In this document: in pieces, positions 62,814 to 64,000 of the stretch
Position numbering within the stretch: the stretch's first letter is position 1
Layout of the letters: the number at the start of each line of letters is the position of its first letter
Assembly: GCA_030549815.1 (NCBI GenBank)
Contig: JAUQQQ010000001.1
Coordinates: 90,873 to 154,872, forward strand
DNA: 64,000 bases
Source: a bacterium
Lineage (GTDB): Bacteria > DRYD01
Reading direction: 5' to 3'
Translations under genes and position numbers: made by a program
The notes under the pieces: model-generated
Databases searched by the model: none
Seen by the model: the letters and a program-made list of their open reading frames with translations, nothing else
What the model was told of the DNA's origin: nothing

Positions 62814-63641
62814 TCACTCCCCATATTTAACAATATTTTTTAATCCTTTAACTTTTTGTTGAAAATCATCCCATAAATGGTTTTCTTTAAGAACATCTTT
62901 AAATCCCCAAATTATCCAGTATTCATTTTTATTAACCAAGATTTTTTTGAGAAAAATGTAATTTACCGTTTTTCTATTCCATTTAGATTCTTTAGACTTT
63001 TTTAAACTTGATAAAAAATTTTGATGTTTATTATTTCCTAACAAATATCCACACAGATTCTTAAAAATTATTGGTGCATCTATATTTACCTTTTTATTTT
63101 CCACTACTTTTTTTATTTTATCAAGCTGATCTTTATACCACTTGATTAACTGATCCTCATTTTGAATTTCACTACCAAAGGTGAATTTAAGGTCAAAATC
63201 TTCGATAATTTGATTTGGTGCTTCTATTGGAATTAAGGAACCACAACCTATTCTTGTTTTTGCCCCAAAATTACCAATAAATAATGAACACCAAAAAGCA
63301 CATAAAAAAATCTTTATATAATCTTTTTGAAGCAAAGGGTTAAAATAAAAACAAATATCAAAGATAGTAGATAAATTTATTTTTGTTTGATTACCTATTT
63401 CAATCTTAACACTTCCTTTCCTTGATTCATTCTTGTTTGCTATACCAAATATTTTATTTTCTATATCTTTATTAGCGACTAACAATCTAAGCCAATGTCG
63501 TATAACACCGTTAAACGATTGTGTCCTTAATTCAAATTGTTTATTTGCATTATACATACATAATTTTACAACTTCTTGAATTCTAAATTTAACCGAAAAC
63601 CAAAAATTACTTGGACCAAAACAAAATTTTTCCATATTCAT
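62814..63641 (-). CDS. cmr4: Type III CRISPR-Cas RAMP (Cas7-group), Cmr4-like by sequence and position
   Basis: SFNGVIRHWLRLLVANKDIENKIFG parallels the Cmr4 S.KGVLRSYL...NKIFG segment. The G-rich loop is GNFGAKTRIGCGSL. ATGA overlap with the upstream gene. Confidence 0.55.
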   Translation of the reverse strand: MNMEKFCFGPSNFWFSVKFRIQEVVKLCMYNANKQFELRTQSFNGVIRHWLRLLVANKDIENKIFGIANKNESRKGSVKIEIGNQTKINLSTIFDICFYFNPLLQKDYIKIFLCAFWCSLFIGNFGAKTRIGCGSLIPIEAPNQIIEDFDLKFTFGSEIQNEDQLIKWYKDQLDKIKKVVENKKVNIDAPIIFKNLCGYLLGNNKHQNFLSSLKKSKESKWNRKTVNYIFLKKILVNKNEYWIIWGFKDVLKENHLWDDFQQKVKGLKNIVKYGE

Positions 63642-64000
63642 AAAACTTTGCGTATTATTTTAAATTTCTCCAAACTCTTAATAAAATTTTCAAGAGCCGT
63701 AAAATCAGGATGTTCCACATTATAATCTATAATCTTGTTTTCCTCCAAAAAATTGAACTGATGTGAACTATTAGGAATAAAAGTTAAAAATAAACCGTAA
63801 TTTTTATTATTAAATTGAACTATCTTAAAAATCAAAGGTGAAGGTCGTCTAACAGATGAAAATTCTTTGGTTTTTTTGATACTACTAAAATAAAAATTCA
63901 AAGGCAATCCGAAAATCATTCTCTCTACTTTAAAATTTTGTTTTCTTCCCAATAGTAAACCTTTAACATTATCGTAATCAGGTTTATAATAGCTTCTAAA
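63638..64000 (-). CDS. 3' end of a longer type III effector gene (Cmr3 expected by synteny), 5' part off window
   Basis: The minus-strand frame is open from the window edge to TGA at 63638-63640. The C-terminal sequence is ...FGLPLNFYF...RRPSPLIFKI.... The track's 104-aa ORF is only its terminal part (TTG pseudo-start). Confidence 0.4.
   Translation of the reverse strand, partial: FRSYYKPDYDNVKGLLLGRKQNFKVERMIFGLPLNFYFSSIKKTKEFSSVRRPSPLIFKIVQFNNKNYGLFLTFIPNSSHQFNFLEENKIIDYNVEHPDFTALENFIKSLEKFKIIRKVL

Noticed and set aside
63638-63952. Stand-alone 104-aa gene as listed in the ORF track
   Set aside because: The same frame stays open to the window edge at 64000 and its listed start is a TTG. 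It is the C-terminal end of a longer gene.

Overview
This 64-kb window is AT-rich (roughly 30% GC) and encodes Lys/Ile/Asn/Glu-rich proteins. That composition fits a low-GC thermophile or anaerobe; a BpsA-like branched-polyamine synthase points the same way. The BamA homologue and TonB-dependent receptor indicate a diderm cell. Coding density is high and most genes are housekeeping. They include EF-G-family GTPase, aldehyde dehydrogenase, S9 peptidase, BamA, PrmA, HisS, LysS and CdsA. Also present are two-subunit 2-oxoacid:ferredoxin oxidoreductase, NAD kinase, phosphoketolase plus acetate kinase, HU, RuvC, NfeD, Def, an isolated AtpG, the PgpH-like 7TM-HD/YbeY/DgkA cluster, two CorC/HlyC-family proteins and an ABC exporter. 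Accessory content falls in three places. (1) At 3.1-9.7 kb are tandem AAA-ATPase-like/PD-(D/E)XK nuclease paralogs. One copy is disrupted and carries in-frame, GC-rich 15-25-bp mini-insertions; the two copies share an apparently identical 556-bp block. Next to them is a giant PilX_N-like surface protein with a 27-bp tandem repeat. (2) At 40.5-47.7 kb is a radical-SAM/SPASM enzyme with an N-terminal RRE-like extension plus two unknown partners. It lies convergent with a strongly SD-preceded, 176-aa Asn/Ser/Phe-repeat protein, which is a candidate multi-core RiPP (triceptide-like, FxS/FxN motifs) precursor. That gene lies downstream of a frameshifted (poly-A7) TonB-dependent receptor, a substrate-binding-like protein and a thioredoxin. 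(3) At 61.4-64.0 kb is the 3' end of a type III (Cmr-like) CRISPR-Cas effector operon: partial upstream subunit, Cmr4-like RAMP, Cmr5, Cmr6. It runs off the window, with no array, cas6 or cas10 visible here. No rRNA, tRNA or CRISPR array was found in the window. Several blocks of conserved-looking hypothetical genes (13.4-15.6 kb, 17.6-21.4 kb, 56.6-57.9 kb) remain functionally opaque.
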